Shown here piece after piece: positions 33,110-44,847 of a DNA stretch of 64,000 nucleotides. Under the pieces are notes generated by a model, which was not told the DNA's origin, made no database searches, and saw only the letters and a program-made list of their open reading frames with translations. The position numbers and the translations under genes are program-made. Source of the stretch: Sanchytrium tribonematis (lineage: Eukaryota); contig JADGIG010000001.1 of assembly GCA_018985235.1 (NCBI GenBank), positions 1 through 64,000 of the forward strand, written 5' to 3'. Positions within the stretch are counted from its first letter, which is position 1, and the number at the start of each line of letters is the position of its first letter.

Positions 33110-33454
33110 TCAATGCATTTTATTTTGAATTTCTTTGGAAAAATTTACTTTAAGCTTCCCAATCTCTTCTAAAATTTGTGTCAAAGTCAACTCAAATACC
33201 TCTGCTGGGGAACTATCGCCGTCTGTCGATATTCGAAGTTCAAAATTGTGCTGTAGGGGATGAGGTACTTTATATCCAGCAAATATGACATTCTTTTGTC
33301 TTTGCAATTTTTGTACAATCCACTGCGCTACGGTATGGTCTTCTCTTTCTATTTTAAATATTGCAGTGTTAGGCTTTGTATCGTCTTTTTTCATTTCCAG
33401 TTTCTTCGTATTCGAAGGAAGCACAATTGCTTCAAATCTGTCTGGTAGATTCAT
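33110..33454 (-). CDS. RPB11: RNA polymerase II subunit Rpb11
   Basis: MNLPDRFE, EDHT, FAGYKVPHPL. Confidence 0.95.
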   Translation of the reverse strand: MNLPDRFEAIVLPSNTKKLEMKKDDTKPNTAIFKIEREDHTVAQWIVQKLQRQKNVIFAGYKVPHPLQHNFELRISTDGDSSPAEVFELTLTQILEEIGKLKVNFSKEIQNKMH

Positions 33455-33493
33455 TTGTTTTGGAAGGAGTTGTCAAATTTTATAATTATTTTA

Positions 33494-34949
33494 TTAGCAT
33501 CGACTTATACCCCGAAAAGCTTCCAAATTATTTAAAACTTCTTCATCAACAGATCCGCATACGTATTTTCCAGTAAATACTGAATCCTCAAACTCAGTTA
33601 TTGCCGGATTAAATTTTGTACAGCATGTTTTAAGTTCTTCAATATTCATATAAACCACTGCATCTGCACCCAAAGCCGCTGCTATTTCTGAATTGCTTTT
33701 TTGATAAGCAATTAATTCTTGCCTTGTTGGCATATCTATTCCGTAAACATTAGGCCATCTATATGAGTACAAATTACTTAATTTCAGGAGCGCAACTTGC
33801 AAAATAAACTTTTTTAGCACCGCATTCTCTCGCCATGTTTATTATCTCCTTCGATGTTGTGCCCCGTACCACACTATCGTCTACAAGTAGAACATTTTTG
33901 CCCTCAAATTCTGATATTATCGGTGATAGTTTTCTCCTGACTGCTTTCACCCTCAGCGTTTGACCAGGCATTATAAAAGTTCTGCCAATATATCTGTTTT
34001 TAATAAAGCCCTCTCGGTATGGGATCTCCAAATTTTGAGCTACCTGCAATGCACTTACTCTAGATGTGTCCGGCACAGGAATGATAACTTCAATATCTTT
34101 CAAAATATCAGAGAGTTTGCTTTTAATTCTACAAGCCATCTTCTCGCCCATAGATAATCTGGCCTTGTAAACGCTGATTCCATCCATTACAGAATCAGGT
34201 CTAGAGAAGTAAATGTACTCAAACAAACACGGTGTGTACGAAAATGCAACAGTGCTATGCATTGATAGTCTATTGTCAAGCTTTCTGATTACTACCTGCC
34301 CTGGGCCAATATCTTTTATCATTTTAAAACCTAAGAGAGACAGTGCAACACTTTCAGAAGCAATTCCGAAATCATTTGTATCATTCATGCCATAGCATAA
34401 TGGACGAATCGCCCAGGGGTCTCTGAACCCAACAAGACCAAAGCCTGCAATCAATAGAACGCAGGCATAACCTCCTTTACAAATTTCATTAATTTTTTTG
34501 ATAGCGCTAACAACATTTTCTTCTGAAGGATCCTCATCGGATAAGAATGAAGCGAATAGGTTAAGCAATAATTCGGTGTCCGAATCAGTATTGATATGTC
34601 TTGATTTGCCAATGAGCGATTTAATCTCTCTAGTATTAACCAAATTTCCGTTGTGAGCAATTGCTAGTCCAAATGGTGAATTAACGTAGAGTGGCTGAAC
34701 TAGATTTATACTATTATCTCCGCTGGTAGGATAACGTACATGACCGATTCCGCAGTTACCCTTTAGGGAAGCCAACTCGGCGTCAGGGATGTCCTTGACT
34801 AAACCTTTCTTTTTTGTTTGATAAAATCTAGAATTATTTAATGTGAGTAGTCCACATGCATCTTGTCCTCGGTGTTGCAGTGTTGATAATGATTCATATA
34901 GCAATGATGAACATGGTGATTGTAATGAGAGTCCGACGATTCCACACAT
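33494..34949 (-). CDS. ADE4: Amidophosphoribosyltransferase; exons 34949-33778 and 33758-33494
   Basis: MCGIVG, QHRGQD, GHVRYPT, HNGN, VDDSVVRGTT, spliced APEIK-WPNVYGIDMP. Confidence 0.97.
33759..33777 (-). other. 19-nt spliceosomal intron GTAATTTGTACTCATATAG (phase 2)
   Basis: Removal restores PEIKWPNVYGID. Confidence 0.94.
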
Positions 34950-35024
34950 AGAATAAAAATTTAGAATAAAAGGGGATACAACTGATTTAACTTTGTCAAC
35001 GACGATCCCTATAACTTTTATTTA

Positions 35025-36287
35025 TCAAGTTTGCGACAAAAGAATTGGAATTTGAGTTCCGATTGAGATAACACATGCTTTGGGAAAATTTTTAGCCATA
35101 GATGATCGTTCTTGAACAATGTTCCAAGTTTGATTTTTAAGATCAAAATACTTGACAGAACCAAGCTTGACAGATTTTTTGACTGTATTCGCAGATAAAT
35201 TAAATGCACCGGATAAGAATTTGGTGCTATTGGTCTCCGTTTCTTTATTTACAAACACAAAACTGGAAAATTGGTCCTTCATAGATAAAATGTCATTGAA
35301 TCTTTGGTCACTAATATCCGAAGGCCTATACAACGCCTTATAAACCAAACTAATATCCTCAGAAGAGCTTCTCCGGATTGGGTTCCAGCAAACATTTACG
35401 ATGAAGTTTGCTAATGCTGTATTCGTAGAATTAGGTTCCAAATTAGATAATTTTAAGACGTAGTCGCGCAGAGACTCTATGGGAAGATTATATATAAAAT
35501 GGTACAAGTAAACAGCATCATTAAAATTATTAGAAATTATGGGACTTCCACGTTTATCGATTTTGAAAGTAGATTTTCCAAGCTTTTGCCCAGATTCGTC
35601 TGTCAATATATTTGTTGTGATTCCATATAATGATCCTACGTCACTTTTTACTTTTCGAGCTAAATCTATTCCACTAAGGATGTTTCCGAATTGATCGGAT
35701 CCACCCAATTGAATTGAACAATTGTGATGATCCATTAAATGGCAAAAGTCATTAGCTTGGAAAATCATATAACTGAATTCAGTGAAGCTAATTCCAGTTT
35801 TAAGACGGGCAGATACGCTATCTCGAGAAAGCATTTGATTAATTTGAAAATTCTTTCCTAGACTTAGAAATTCTTTTAGTGTTATATTATTCCATGAATT
35901 TTTTAATATCTTAAAAGGATTGCTGAATTTCATCATTTCTTGTGAGTTTTTGCTTATAATTTTTACCTTGTCAGTAATTTGTTTGCTATTTTCAACTACA
36001 ATTGCCTCTTGTATGGCTTTTCTTTCTTTGGCTCTACCAGATGGATCCCCAATCATTCCAGTAAACTCACCAATCAAAATTATACCAATGTGGTTATATT
36101 TTGAAAACCAATTACATGCCATAAGCTGAGCAAAATGACCTAAATGTAAATATGGTGCTGTGGGGTCGATACCCAAATAAAACGTTCTTGGCTGGCTTAA
36201 AAATAATTCCAATTCGCCGAATGTTTTAGGCGTCTGTGCTGTGGTTTGATTCAACAGCAAACGCTCTTGCAATTTCTTTAAAATCAT
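35025..36287 (-). CDS. MSY1: Tyrosyl-tRNA synthetase, mitochondrial/bacterial type
   Basis: YLGIDPTA..LHLGH, IGDPSGR, SFTEFSY, QLGGSDQFGNI, KLGKS. Confidence 0.92.
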   Translation of the reverse strand: MILKKLQERLLLNQTTAQTPKTFGELELFLSQPRTFYLGIDPTAPYLHLGHFAQLMACNWFSKYNHIGIILIGEFTGMIGDPSGRAKERKAIQEAIVVENSKQITDKVKIISKNSQEMMKFSNPFKILKNSWNNITLKEFLSLGKNFQINQMLSRDSVSARLKTGISFTEFSYMIFQANDFCHLMDHHNCSIQLGGSDQFGNILSGIDLARKVKSDVGSLYGITTNILTDESGQKLGKSTFKIDKRGSPIISNNFNDAVYLYHFIYNLPIESLRDYVLKLSNLEPNSTNTALANFIVNVCWNPIRRSSSEDISLVYKALYRPSDISDQRFNDILSMKDQFSSFVFVNKETETNSTKFLSGAFNLSANTVKKSVKLGSVKYFDLKNQTWNIVQERSSMAKNFPKACVISIGTQIPILLSQT

Positions 36288-36309
36288 TTTCAAAACAAAT
36301 TTGTAGGAG

Positions 36310-36888
36310 ATGAGTTCCAATAAGCGACTACTGAAAGAAATAATGGAGCTTCAAAATGATCCTGATATCCATATTAGTATTCTTGAGGATATGAATGACG
36401 TCCATTATACGATTAGAGGTCCCACTGATTCAATTTATGAAAACGGTCTATACCATGGAAGATTATTGATTCCATCCCAATACCCATTAAAACCACCTTC
36501 TATATATTTCATGACTCCTAATGGCCGATTTGCAATTGACACCAAGATCTGTCTCTCCATCTCTGATTTTCACGAAGAATCCTGGAATCCTTCTTGGTCT
36601 CTGAGAACAGCCCTTTTAGCAATATCAGCATTTATGAACCAGGAAACTCCTGGTGCTATAGGATACATACAAGTTAATGAACCTGAGAGAAAGCGAATGA
36701 CTAAATTATCAAGAACTTGGGAATGCCCAATGTGCAAACAGCCCAACAACCATTTTTTACAAGTCGAAGAAGAAGAAGAAGCAGAACCTGCTAAGCAAGA
36801 TCTGCATGGAAAATCTCACACATTGGACTTTATGATTTTGGCTTGTCTACTACTCGCCTTTGCTATCTTTATAAATAAATTTATCTAG
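36310..36888 (+). CDS. UBC6: ER-anchored ubiquitin-conjugating enzyme Ubc6/UBE2J
   Basis: YPLKPP, TPNGRF, ICLSISDFHEESWNPSW, C-terminal TM. Confidence 0.92.
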   Translation: MSSNKRLLKEIMELQNDPDIHISILEDMNDVHYTIRGPTDSIYENGLYHGRLLIPSQYPLKPPSIYFMTPNGRFAIDTKICLSISDFHEESWNPSWSLRTALLAISAFMNQETPGAIGYIQVNEPERKRMTKLSRTWECPMCKQPNNHFLQVEEEEEAEPAKQDLHGKSHTLDFMILACLLLAFAIFINKFI

Positions 36889-36996
36889 TTGAAGTTTAGT
36901 GCATAATTTTGAATCTAACAAAACGACTTGAATATTTACACTTGAAAATGAAATTTGACGGGTGTAGTGTTTCTCGAATCTAAAACAAATTGTCAA

Positions 36997-38827
36997 ATGC
37001 TGGATTTGCTTTTTGGTAGACAAAGCCGAACTTATAGGAGGCTTCAATTTCTATTACCTGCAGTATATGCCTACTCAAAATTAGTTAAACCCTACCTGAG
37101 AAACAGAAAAGACAATTTGGTGAAATTCTTATTCGGGGTGTTCTTAATTTACAGATGTGTCCAAAACATTCCGCTTTTGATCGGAATCGATCCACCAGAG
37201 ACCCAATCTGGATATTCAAGAGATTACTTTCGAGCAATGTGGATTACTCAAAGTATGGACGCTGGATTTTGGACATTCGCCAAAATTCGAATTAAGTGGA
37301 TTCGAGATATATTGAGCGTCTTAGCTACTGGTTATTATTTGATTGCTTATGACACTGCGGCTGCAAAATGCGCCAAGTTCAGAGGCCAGCCAACGGTGAA
37401 TATGCTAAAATTGAGTTGGGAGAAACAAAAAAACTTTATTTTTTCTGCAATAATTAAGGCGCAATTACCAAAATTAGGATATACAGAAGTCTTGAAATTG
37501 CAAAGAGATCCAGAAGAATGGGGATATACAGAATCTGATCCTAATACTCAAAATACAATCACACATTTTTATTACACTGGTTCAAAAGAAGAATTTAAAG
37601 ATCAAAATGACATAATTTATTTCATACCAGGCGGTGGTTGGCTTGCTACTGACCCCACATCTCATGAAGAATATATATATGATCTTGCCAAATTTACTAA
37701 CTTGCCAATAATTGCTCTCGACTATTTAAAATCTCCCAAATACCCATTTCCTTATGCACTAGAAGAATGCCTGGCATTTTACAAGCGATTTGTACTTTCA
37801 AACGGAGCCAGTTTGGGAATGAATCCTACTAGAACCAGGCGGAGGGTTATTTTATTAGGTGATTCGGCTGGAGGGAATCTCGCTTGCGGTTTAACGATAA
37901 AATTAATTATGGAAGATTTTACAGTTCCACATCATTTAATAATGATGTACCCATGTTTAAATTTAGATTTAAAATGCTGGCTTGAGCCTCAAAATATAGA
38001 GCTGCTAAATACCGCAGAATTAAGGAGAGTGAATTCTTTTTTAGATACCAACACTGGTGAACACCGTAGAACTAAAAGCTTTGTTAACCTTACATCAGAA
38101 GATGTCAATGGAAAATCAGAGAACGTTAAAAGAAACAAGTCTTTCTTTGATCTGTCGAAAAAGATGGTAGATGACTATCAAAACAGAGACGACAACAGAG
38201 AACCTTCAATATGGACCGAATTTGGAAATCGTTATGATATTGAAGATGAAAAAAATTTACGACGTCTTTCTAGAGACATTGAGAGTCCGTCACGACTATC
38301 CAGAGACAATCCAATGAGCGCTTCAATATCTAGTATGAAAAAGTTTGATTTCGAAATCAACGAATCGGCTCCTGCTTCAGTTTCGTACTTTCGAGATGCT
38401 TCTCAGTATAAGGCTAGCCACATTGCTATGACATCCCGTATTTGTTTTTTTCAGGATAAAATACTGCCCGCAGAATTGATGCGTGCATTGGTTTTGCTTT
38501 ATTTGAAGTCATCTCCAGTAGATCCACAAATTAGCACCAATTTTGTATTGAGTCCATTGTTAGCTCCGGATTCTATTTTAGAGCATTTTCCGAAAGTTTC
38601 TATCTTAGTTGGCGATAGAGATCCTATACTCGATGATTCTGTTTTATTTGCTGCCAAGCTAAGAAGAGCGCAGAAAGACCACGATGTTGCCAGATTGACA
38701 GTCATTCCTGGTTGGTAATTATTGCTTATTTAGGAGCCATGGCTTTTTACTTTTCAAATCTTTTTTACCGAAATCCATAGAAGGGACTAAGATATTGTCA
38801 GAATGGGCATTGGAATCGTTAGAATAA
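36997..38827 (+). CDS. Hormone-sensitive-lipase-like alpha/beta hydrolase; exons 36997-38714 and 38734-38827
   Basis: PGGGW, GDSAGGNL, DPILDDS; catalytic His supplied by the spliced GW-SHGF. Confidence 0.9.
38715..38733 (+). other. 19-nt spliceosomal intron GTAATTATTGCTTATTTAG (phase 2)
   Basis: Removal restores the catalytic HGF motif. Confidence 0.93.
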
Positions 38828-38833
38828 ATTTAT

Positions 38834-40042
38834 TTACTTGCATCGGTCGACTTGGATCTCTACTTCTCCATACAACAATTTATGAAATGCAATTGAGCTT
38901 GCGAATATTGTAGCAATGATTCCAAAACAGATTAAAAAGTAGCAGAAGAATTTCTGATAACTGTGTTTAGCACAACTCTTCAGGTACAATAATGGTGGAT
39001 ATATAAAACTAACAGGCATTCCACAAAATGCTCCTATAAATGAAACAAATATGTCAAGTGAATTGGTTCCCATAAATGCAATTAAAGCAGCAATGATTGT
39101 AAGTGCCGATCGGTATACTTTCCTAGTGAATGAATAACTATCTTTGGAAAAAAGAGGCTCCTCCAATATCTCAATAGCAGGGAAAAATTGCAAAGGAAGC
39201 GAAAGCATTACAGCTATCACATAACCAATTTGTATAACTTGTAAAGCAATTGTGCTTGGAAAATTTAGCAAAATGACTGTTTCTACTGCATCTCCAAAAG
39301 CGGCCAGTCCCAAAGTTCCAATTAAAATATAAATTATAGAAACAAGAAGTAAAGTGGTAACTAAAACCATACCAAATTTTCTTGGTTCTTTCATTGATTG
39401 CGATATTGGAATTACAAGTCCGAATCCCTCGTACGTAAAAATTGCAGTTCCCAGAAAAAGACTAGTATTTCCTAAACTATTAAATAAATGAATTTCGGCA
39501 GGATTAGAAATAATTTTAAGTGTGCAATTAAATAATACAAAGAAGATGCCAGTGAACATTAAAATATTACCAAATAATGCAAATTTAGCCAAGCTTTGTA
39601 TATTTCGAATCAAAACAAGTGGAATATAAATAATTAATTGTACGGCTATTAATATAAACCAATCGTGTATTTCATATCTACAATTTGTCAAAGTAGAAAC
39701 AAGGTCCTTAATATTAGAAGCTACAAACAACATATAAACCATAACAAATCCAAATTGACAGAACACCAACGATGTGCGAACAGAATTTCGAAATAATGTA
39801 CCATACAACACTCCAGCTATGTCCTGATAACTACCTGGAATAACTAATGAAGATTTAAATAACAAATACATACCACATAAACTAAGAGTTGCCATTAAGA
39901 CTAAGAGCAAAAAACTTCCACCTATTCCGCCATTAAGAAATGCTTTTGGCAGAAATAGAACACCTGTTCCGATGAACCCTTTTAGCATCAAAAGTATTGC
40001 ACTGCTTACACTTCCACTAGATTTTGTAGAGATGTGTGCCAT
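38834..40042 (-). CDS. Vacuolar amino acid transporter (Avt3/Avt4, AAAP family)
   Basis: LKGFIGTGVLFLPKAF.NGG, GTAIFTYEG, PLQFFPAI; about 11 TM. Confidence 0.9.
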   Translation of the reverse strand: MAHISTKSSGSVSSAILLMLKGFIGTGVLFLPKAFLNGGIGGSFLLLVLMATLSLCGMYLLFKSSLVIPGSYQDIAGVLYGTLFRNSVRTSLVFCQFGFVMVYMLFVASNIKDLVSTLTNCRYEIHDWFILIAVQLIIYIPLVLIRNIQSLAKFALFGNILMFTGIFFVLFNCTLKIISNPAEIHLFNSLGNTSLFLGTAIFTYEGFGLVIPISQSMKEPRKFGMVLVTTLLLVSIIYILIGTLGLAAFGDAVETVILLNFPSTIALQVIQIGYVIAVMLSLPLQFFPAIEILEEPLFSKDSYSFTRKVYRSALTIIAALIAFMGTNSLDIFVSFIGAFCGMPVSFIYPPLLYLKSCAKHSYQKFFCYFLICFGIIATIFASSIAFHKLLYGEVEIQVDRCK

Positions 40043-40119
40043 CCCGTTTTTATTCTGTGAAACATTTATTGGTCTTCAATTTGTACGACCTTGTATTTGT
40101 ATCAAAAATTGAATCCCAC

Positions 40120-41187
40120 TTAACGATTTATTCCTCTTTTGTCTAGTTCAGAGCATGAGGGAGTTTTAATTTCCTTCGCTCGCTGTATGGCTTTCTCATC
40201 TACGGCTTTTAAACCAAACCAAGTATTACTAGCAAGTGAGATTTGGGTCATCTTATATTCCATTTCATTTTTGCACCGCTGTCTATATTTCCCTACGATT
40301 TCTTGATCTAATTCAGCTTCAAATTGACGAATATTTCCACCTTGATTCCGAAATCTATTCATATCATAATGGGCAGCATAATAATTAAATTGCAATGGAG
40401 TAGTGTATTTAGCGAACCCTGAGACAGGATTTAGGGAAACATTGGGATTTCTTACTCTCAAAAGTGTCGGCAGTACACTCAGAACGACAAATAAAATTAA
40501 AGGAGCACATTGAACTAAAAGTCTAAATATTGAGTTATCTTGAGCCCTACCTCTATCCTGTCTTGTAGCATCCGGAGTGTGATGAAAGTTTCTTGTTCTA
40601 CGCCTCATATGTGGAGAGTTAAATGATTGAAATTGATTGGCATGCATACCAAAGAATTGGGCAAATATTTGCTCGGCTAAAATATCGTCCATATTGAATG
40701 AATCTCTCATATGTTGAGATCTTTGAAACTGAGAGTAATGTGACGTTCTATCATCTGGATCCTTACCACTCATATCAAATATGCGTCTTTTTTCAGAGTC
40801 GCTCAAAATGCTGAATGCTTTTGAAACCTTTAAAAAAGCTTCTTTGGCCCTGGGATCTGCACATTTATCAGGATGCAGATGTAGCGCAAGTTTCCGATAT
40901 GATTTTTTTATATCTGTTTCGCTGCAATTTTTATCCAGATCCATAATGGCATAAAAATCTGTGGAATCTATCCTGGTTATTCTGTTCATTATTTCTATCT
41001 GCTTATCAGTCAAAGGCGTTTCTACTTCTTCTTCAACAGTCCATTTGCTAAGAAGAGCCTCAACATTTAAAGTTGAATCTATTCTTTTGGCCTTTTTCGC
41101 CATTCTTACGGCACCATCGACATCTCCTTCAGCAAACTTTTTCTTTGCCAGAGCCAAACATTTTCGAGCTTCTTCTGCATTTTGCAT
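40120..41187 (-). CDS. HLJ1: ER J-domain protein Hlj1/DNAJB12 with DUF1977-like tail
   Basis: N.EEA.KC start, YRKLALHLHPDK, TM helix, C..E..YK and PSC C-terminus. Confidence 0.88.
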   Translation of the reverse strand: MQNAEEARKCLALAKKKFAEGDVDGAVRMAKKAKRIDSTLNVEALLSKWTVEEEVETPLTDKQIEIMNRITRIDSTDFYAIMDLDKNCSETDIKKSYRKLALHLHPDKCADPRAKEAFLKVSKAFSILSDSEKRRIFDMSGKDPDDRTSHYSQFQRSQHMRDSFNMDDILAEQIFAQFFGMHANQFQSFNSPHMRRRTRNFHHTPDATRQDRGRAQDNSIFRLLVQCAPLILFVVLSVLPTLLRVRNPNVSLNPVSGFAKYTTPLQFNYYAAHYDMNRFRNQGGNIRQFEAELDQEIVGKYRQRCKNEMEYKMTQISLASNTWFGLKAVDEKAIQRAKEIKTPSCSELDKRGINR

Positions 41188-41340
41188 TTCCCAAATTTGT
41201 TTCACCTCCCAACAATGAAGATCAAATAAGAATAAATATGGGTTTGCTGCGAAGGTGTACTAATTTCATGAAGCATGGCGACCATATGATTGAAAAACTT
41301 GGTGGTATTTATATTTATTACAAAAACCCCGTTGAAACAA

Positions 41341-42063
41341 ATGTTTTTGGCAAATCCGTCTTCAGAATATGATAGAGGTGTTAATACATTCAGTCCTGAG
41401 GGACGATTATTTCAAGTTGAATATGCTATTGAAGCAATCAAATTGGGATCTACCGCATTGGGAATACAAGCTAAAGACGGGGTTGTTTTGGCAGTTGAGC
41501 GAAGGGTTGCCTCGAAGCTATTGATACCAGATTCAATTCAAAAAATGTTTGAAGTAGACAGACATATAGCAGTGGCAGCATCCGGACTTAGCGGGGACGC
41601 GCAAACATTGGTAGAACATGCTAGAGCGACAGCCGTGAACCATACCTTTGTTTACGATGAACAAATTAAAACCGAATCGCTTGCTCAAAGTGTATCCGAT
41701 GTGGCATTAAGATTTGGTGATATCGGCGAAGGTACTAAAATGGCGCGACCATTTGGAGTTGCTCTGTTATTTGCAGGCCATGATGAGGACGGCCCAAAAT
41801 TATTTGTTACTGATCCTTCTGGTACTTATATGCAATACCAGGCAAAAGCCATAGGAAGCGCTGGTGAAGCTGCACAAGTAGAATTAGTAGAGCAATACAA
41901 AGATAACCTGACTACCGAAGAAGCGTTAAAGTTGGCTTTAAAGATATTGAAACAAGTAATGGAAGAGAAAATCAACAAGGTCAATATTCAAGTTGGAATT
42001 GTCGACAAGGATGGATATCGTTTATTAACAGAGGAAGATCTTGAAAAAAGATTAGCTGAATAA
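41341..42063 (+). CDS. PUP2: 20S proteasome subunit alpha-5
   Basis: MFL...[30 protein letters not shown]. Confidence 0.96.
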   Translation: MFLANPSSEYDRGVNTFSPEGRLFQVEYAIEAIKLGSTALGIQAKDGVVLAVERRVASKLLIPDSIQKMFEVDRHIAVAASGLSGDAQTLVEHARATAVNHTFVYDEQIKTESLAQSVSDVALRFGDIGEGTKMARPFGVALLFAGHDEDGPKLFVTDPSGTYMQYQAKAIGSAGEAAQVELVEQYKDNLTTEEALKLALKILKQVMEEKINKVNIQVGIVDKDGYRLLTEEDLEKRLAE

Positions 42064-42064
42064 A

Positions 42065-43324
42065 TCAAAACCTCACGAACTTTCTTGCTTTCAAAACATG
42101 ATTTAAAAAAAACTTTTGAGACTGCACTTTAATTCCATTTGGATCGTACAATTTTACAAATGGCTCTCTTAAATAAAATGAATTTTTCAAAGGTGAATAC
42201 AATTTTAGGTCTGCCCGACCTTCTTTTTTCAGAATATTGAACCAGCCTATATTTTTCAAGACAAGTTCCCTTTGTACTTCCTTTTCAGGTTTACCAATAA
42301 TGGTAAAATCAAGTCTCTCTTTCATTTCTGGAAAATCACTCGGAATGTAAGGCGGTCCATGATTTACATTAGATCCTTTAAGATAGTTACTCCAAAAACT
42401 GGAAACTTTTTCAGACGTAACGAATTTTGGAATTAATTGCCGTGGTCCAAACCAAATAAGTTTCAGAGGATCCATCTCGACATTAGTTATATCCAATCGT
42501 CCTAAACCACCTAAAAATAGCGACTTTTTATAGTATTTTGGAATCTCAAACAGTCTCGGAACAAATCTTATTTTACTTCTGAATTCAAAAATTTCTTTGT
42601 CGGTCATTAAATTGTAATTTGCGTTTTCATCAAATACACCCGGAGTATCTGTAATGTTACCAAACTTGAACTCTCCAAATATGTCCATTTTTTTGATTGG
42701 AAAAGATATATTTTTCACAGTTGTACCTGGATATGTGGAGTAAGTTAAAATTGTACCATTTCTATTTTTAGTGGGTGTGTTGCGCGACATTTTCAACAGT
42801 TTGTTAACTAAACTTGTTTTGCCAGAATTAGCATAGCCAACAAATGTGATGTTATGGATTTTTTCCTTGTGTATAAATTTTTTAACGCCATTTATAAATT
42901 CTCCAACTCCGTCGCTGGACTTATTACTCACAATGCTGTATCCTGCCAGATCAGGATGCTGATTTTTCAGTCTCTCTTTCATTACCTGAACATTAGTGCC
43001 CTGAGGAAAAATATCAAGTTTCGTACCCACTAACCATACATTTCGTGCATTTAACATTTTGTAATCCAAAATAGATTCTGGAAACCCAGTTAGATCAAAT
43101 ACAATTATTACAAGGGAATTTTTTGTTACGACCAAATCCTTTGTGCTTATATTTGGTATTTTAGTTAATAATAAATTTTGATTCATCAATTTGTGACAAC
43201 GGTAACAAATTAAATTCTTTTTTTCTTCCTTAATTTCCGGTAAGTATCCTGGTTCATTTGGAGAAATCTGTTGGAAGTCTGCTCCACAGCCAGTGCAACT
43301 GGTTAACTTGGAAATGTTTTCCAT
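42065..43324 (-). CDS. GEP3: Circularly permuted mitochondrial GTPase Gep3/NOA1 (YqeH-like)
   Basis: CTGCG..CYRC zinc motif, TKLD (G4) before GYANSGKT (G1), PGTT, DTPG, FLGGLGRLD. Confidence 0.85.
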   Translation of the reverse strand: MENISKLTSCTGCGADFQQISPNEPGYLPEIKEEKKNLICYRCHKLMNQNLLLTKIPNISTKDLVVTKNSLVIIVFDLTGFPESILDYKMLNARNVWLVGTKLDIFPQGTNVQVMKERLKNQHPDLAGYSIVSNKSSDGVGEFINGVKKFIHKEKIHNITFVGYANSGKTSLVNKLLKMSRNTPTKNRNGTILTYSTYPGTTVKNISFPIKKMDIFGEFKFGNITDTPGVFDENANYNLMTDKEIFEFRSKIRFVPRLFEIPKYYKKSLFLGGLGRLDITNVEMDPLKLIWFGPRQLIPKFVTSEKVSSFWSNYLKGSNVNHGPPYIPSDFPEMKERLDFTIIGKPEKEVQRELVLKNIGWFNILKKEGRADLKLYSPLKNSFYLREPFVKLYDPNGIKVQSQKFFLNHVLKARKFVRF

Positions 43325-43477
43325 TGTAAGACTCCCGGAGTTAGATAGGAGATAAAAGTGACAAACAACCCATCTATTCATACTTAACAATTTTCGACTG
43401 CTTGTACACCCACTTCTTTGAAATCTAGAAAAAAAACAGGGTTACAATCAAAATAAAATATCTTCTCCTTGTTAAAC

Positions 43478-43948
43478 ATGGAATTTGAGATCAGAACAGA
43501 TCAGATAATATATTGCAAACATTGCACTTTGCCTATGGAATATTGCTATAAAACTGAAAGCTGCGTTTCGTTTTGGAAAGAAATCAATCCAGATGTCGAT
43601 GAAAACGAATTAAATCAAGAATTTAAGAAGCCCTCAAAAGTGAAAATGGAAAAGCAAAAAGAAGGAGGAGCTATATTGGTTCAAATTACAAGCAGAAGTA
43701 AGACAAAGCACGTCACTACTATAAGTGGTCTTGATGAATACAATATTGAATTGAAAAAATTTGCAAAAGAATTATCGAAGCAATTTGCCTGCTCTTGTAG
43801 TGTGACAAACAAGGAAATTGTTATACAAGGAGATCTCAGCTATGAGATTACAGACATTTTGAAGGAGAAGGTTGGTGAAAAAGCTTCTATAGAAGTCAAG
43901 AAGAAGGAGCCTAAAAAGAAAGAACCACCAGCAGTAGCACCCCAATAA
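43478..43948 (+). CDS. TMA22: Translation machinery-associated protein Tma22/DENR
   Basis: YCKHCTLPMEYC and a SUI1 domain (KQFACSCSV, IVIQGD). Confidence 0.92.
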   Translation: MEFEIRTDQIIYCKHCTLPMEYCYKTESCVSFWKEINPDVDENELNQEFKKPSKVKMEKQKEGGAILVQITSRSKTKHVTTISGLDEYNIELKKFAKELSKQFACSCSVTNKEIVIQGDLSYEITDILKEKVGEKASIEVKKKEPKKKEPPAVAPQ

Positions 43949-43968
43949 ATAATGTTTCAATGGCAAAA

Positions 43969-44042
43969 CGAGTTACCCAGGACTTGAACCTGGAACCTTC
44001 AGATCCGAAGTCTGACGCTCTAACCAATTGTGCTAGCAACCC
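43969..44042 (-). tRNA. tRNA-Arg (anticodon UCG), intronless
   Basis: Cloverleaf: acceptor GGGTTGC/GTAACTC, anticodon arm TCAGA-CTTCGGA-TCTGA, T arm CCAGG-TTCAAGT-CCTGG, followed by TTTT. Confidence 0.95.
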
Positions 44043-44117
44043 TTACGCTTTCCTTAAATTTGCTTATAGGTTCTTCCAAATAAATGTCATTTAAGATTCT
44101 GAAAAATTTCCTGTAAC

Positions 44118-44846
44118 ATGACCAGGGACATAAAAAACTGCCTTCCTGTGCACTCTTTGGATAATTTAAGCATGTTTAAATCTTCTAATATTCTTAATTT
44201 AGCAGTTTCTAACCTGGGATATAGAGTAGGTTGTGTAGATATGTTTTTGTACATTAGTAGCAAATTATTTATCAATTTCGAGCCAGAACAATTAGCAATA
44301 CAAATATCTACTAAGACTTTTATAGAAGGAATGCAGTTTTTCAAGAACATGGTCCAATTTCAATTCAAAGAAGACTGTTTGATCTTAAGTGATGAAAATG
44401 TAAATTTCAGAATACCTCTGCTATTAAAATCTGAAGATAATATAATAGAGCACTGGGAATCTTCCGAAGTTATTTTAAATTCGATCATTCAACCCTCGGC
44501 CTTACTCAAGTCAATTTTTCTAGTGCCTATTAATGAAGGCATTGTTGAATTGACAGTCGGGAAAACTATACAATTTAAGATTCAGTCAAATCTAGGAGCT
44601 AAGATCACTTCCTCAATGTCTAATTTGGAAACTTTTAGATTTCAATTTCCCAAGGAAAGCTTGACGCTGAAATACTCTTACAAGAAGTTTGCAAATATCA
44701 AGAATAGCTTAAAAAAAGCTAGCAAGGTCAGTTTAAAATTAAATGAAGGTGGCATATTACAATGGCAGCTACTTGTTCCATCTCAAGAACAAAATGTTTA
44801 TGTCGAGTTTTACATACAGCCTTTGTTTGATTATGAAAATAAATAA
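44118..44846 (+). CDS. 9-1-1 checkpoint clamp subunit, Rad1/Rec1-like (start may be 44172)
   Basis: C-terminal ASKVSLKLNEGGILQWQLL..VEFYIQP matches the Rad1-family PCNA-fold end. Confidence 0.6.
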   Translation: MTRDIKNCLPVHSLDNLSMFKSSNILNLAVSNLGYRVGCVDMFLYISSKLFINFEPEQLAIQISTKTFIEGMQFFKNMVQFQFKEDCLILSDENVNFRIPLLLKSEDNIIEHWESSEVILNSIIQPSALLKSIFLVPINEGIVELTVGKTIQFKIQSNLGAKITSSMSNLETFRFQFPKESLTLKYSYKKFANIKNSLKKASKVSLKLNEGGILQWQLLVPSQEQNVYVEFYIQPLFDYENK

Positions 44847-44847
44847 A

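Noticed and set aside
43969..44042. A-A mismatch in the D stem and two G-U pairs in the acceptor stem of tRNA-Arg(UCG)
   Set aside because: Within normal tRNA variation; not enough to claim editing or a pseudogene.
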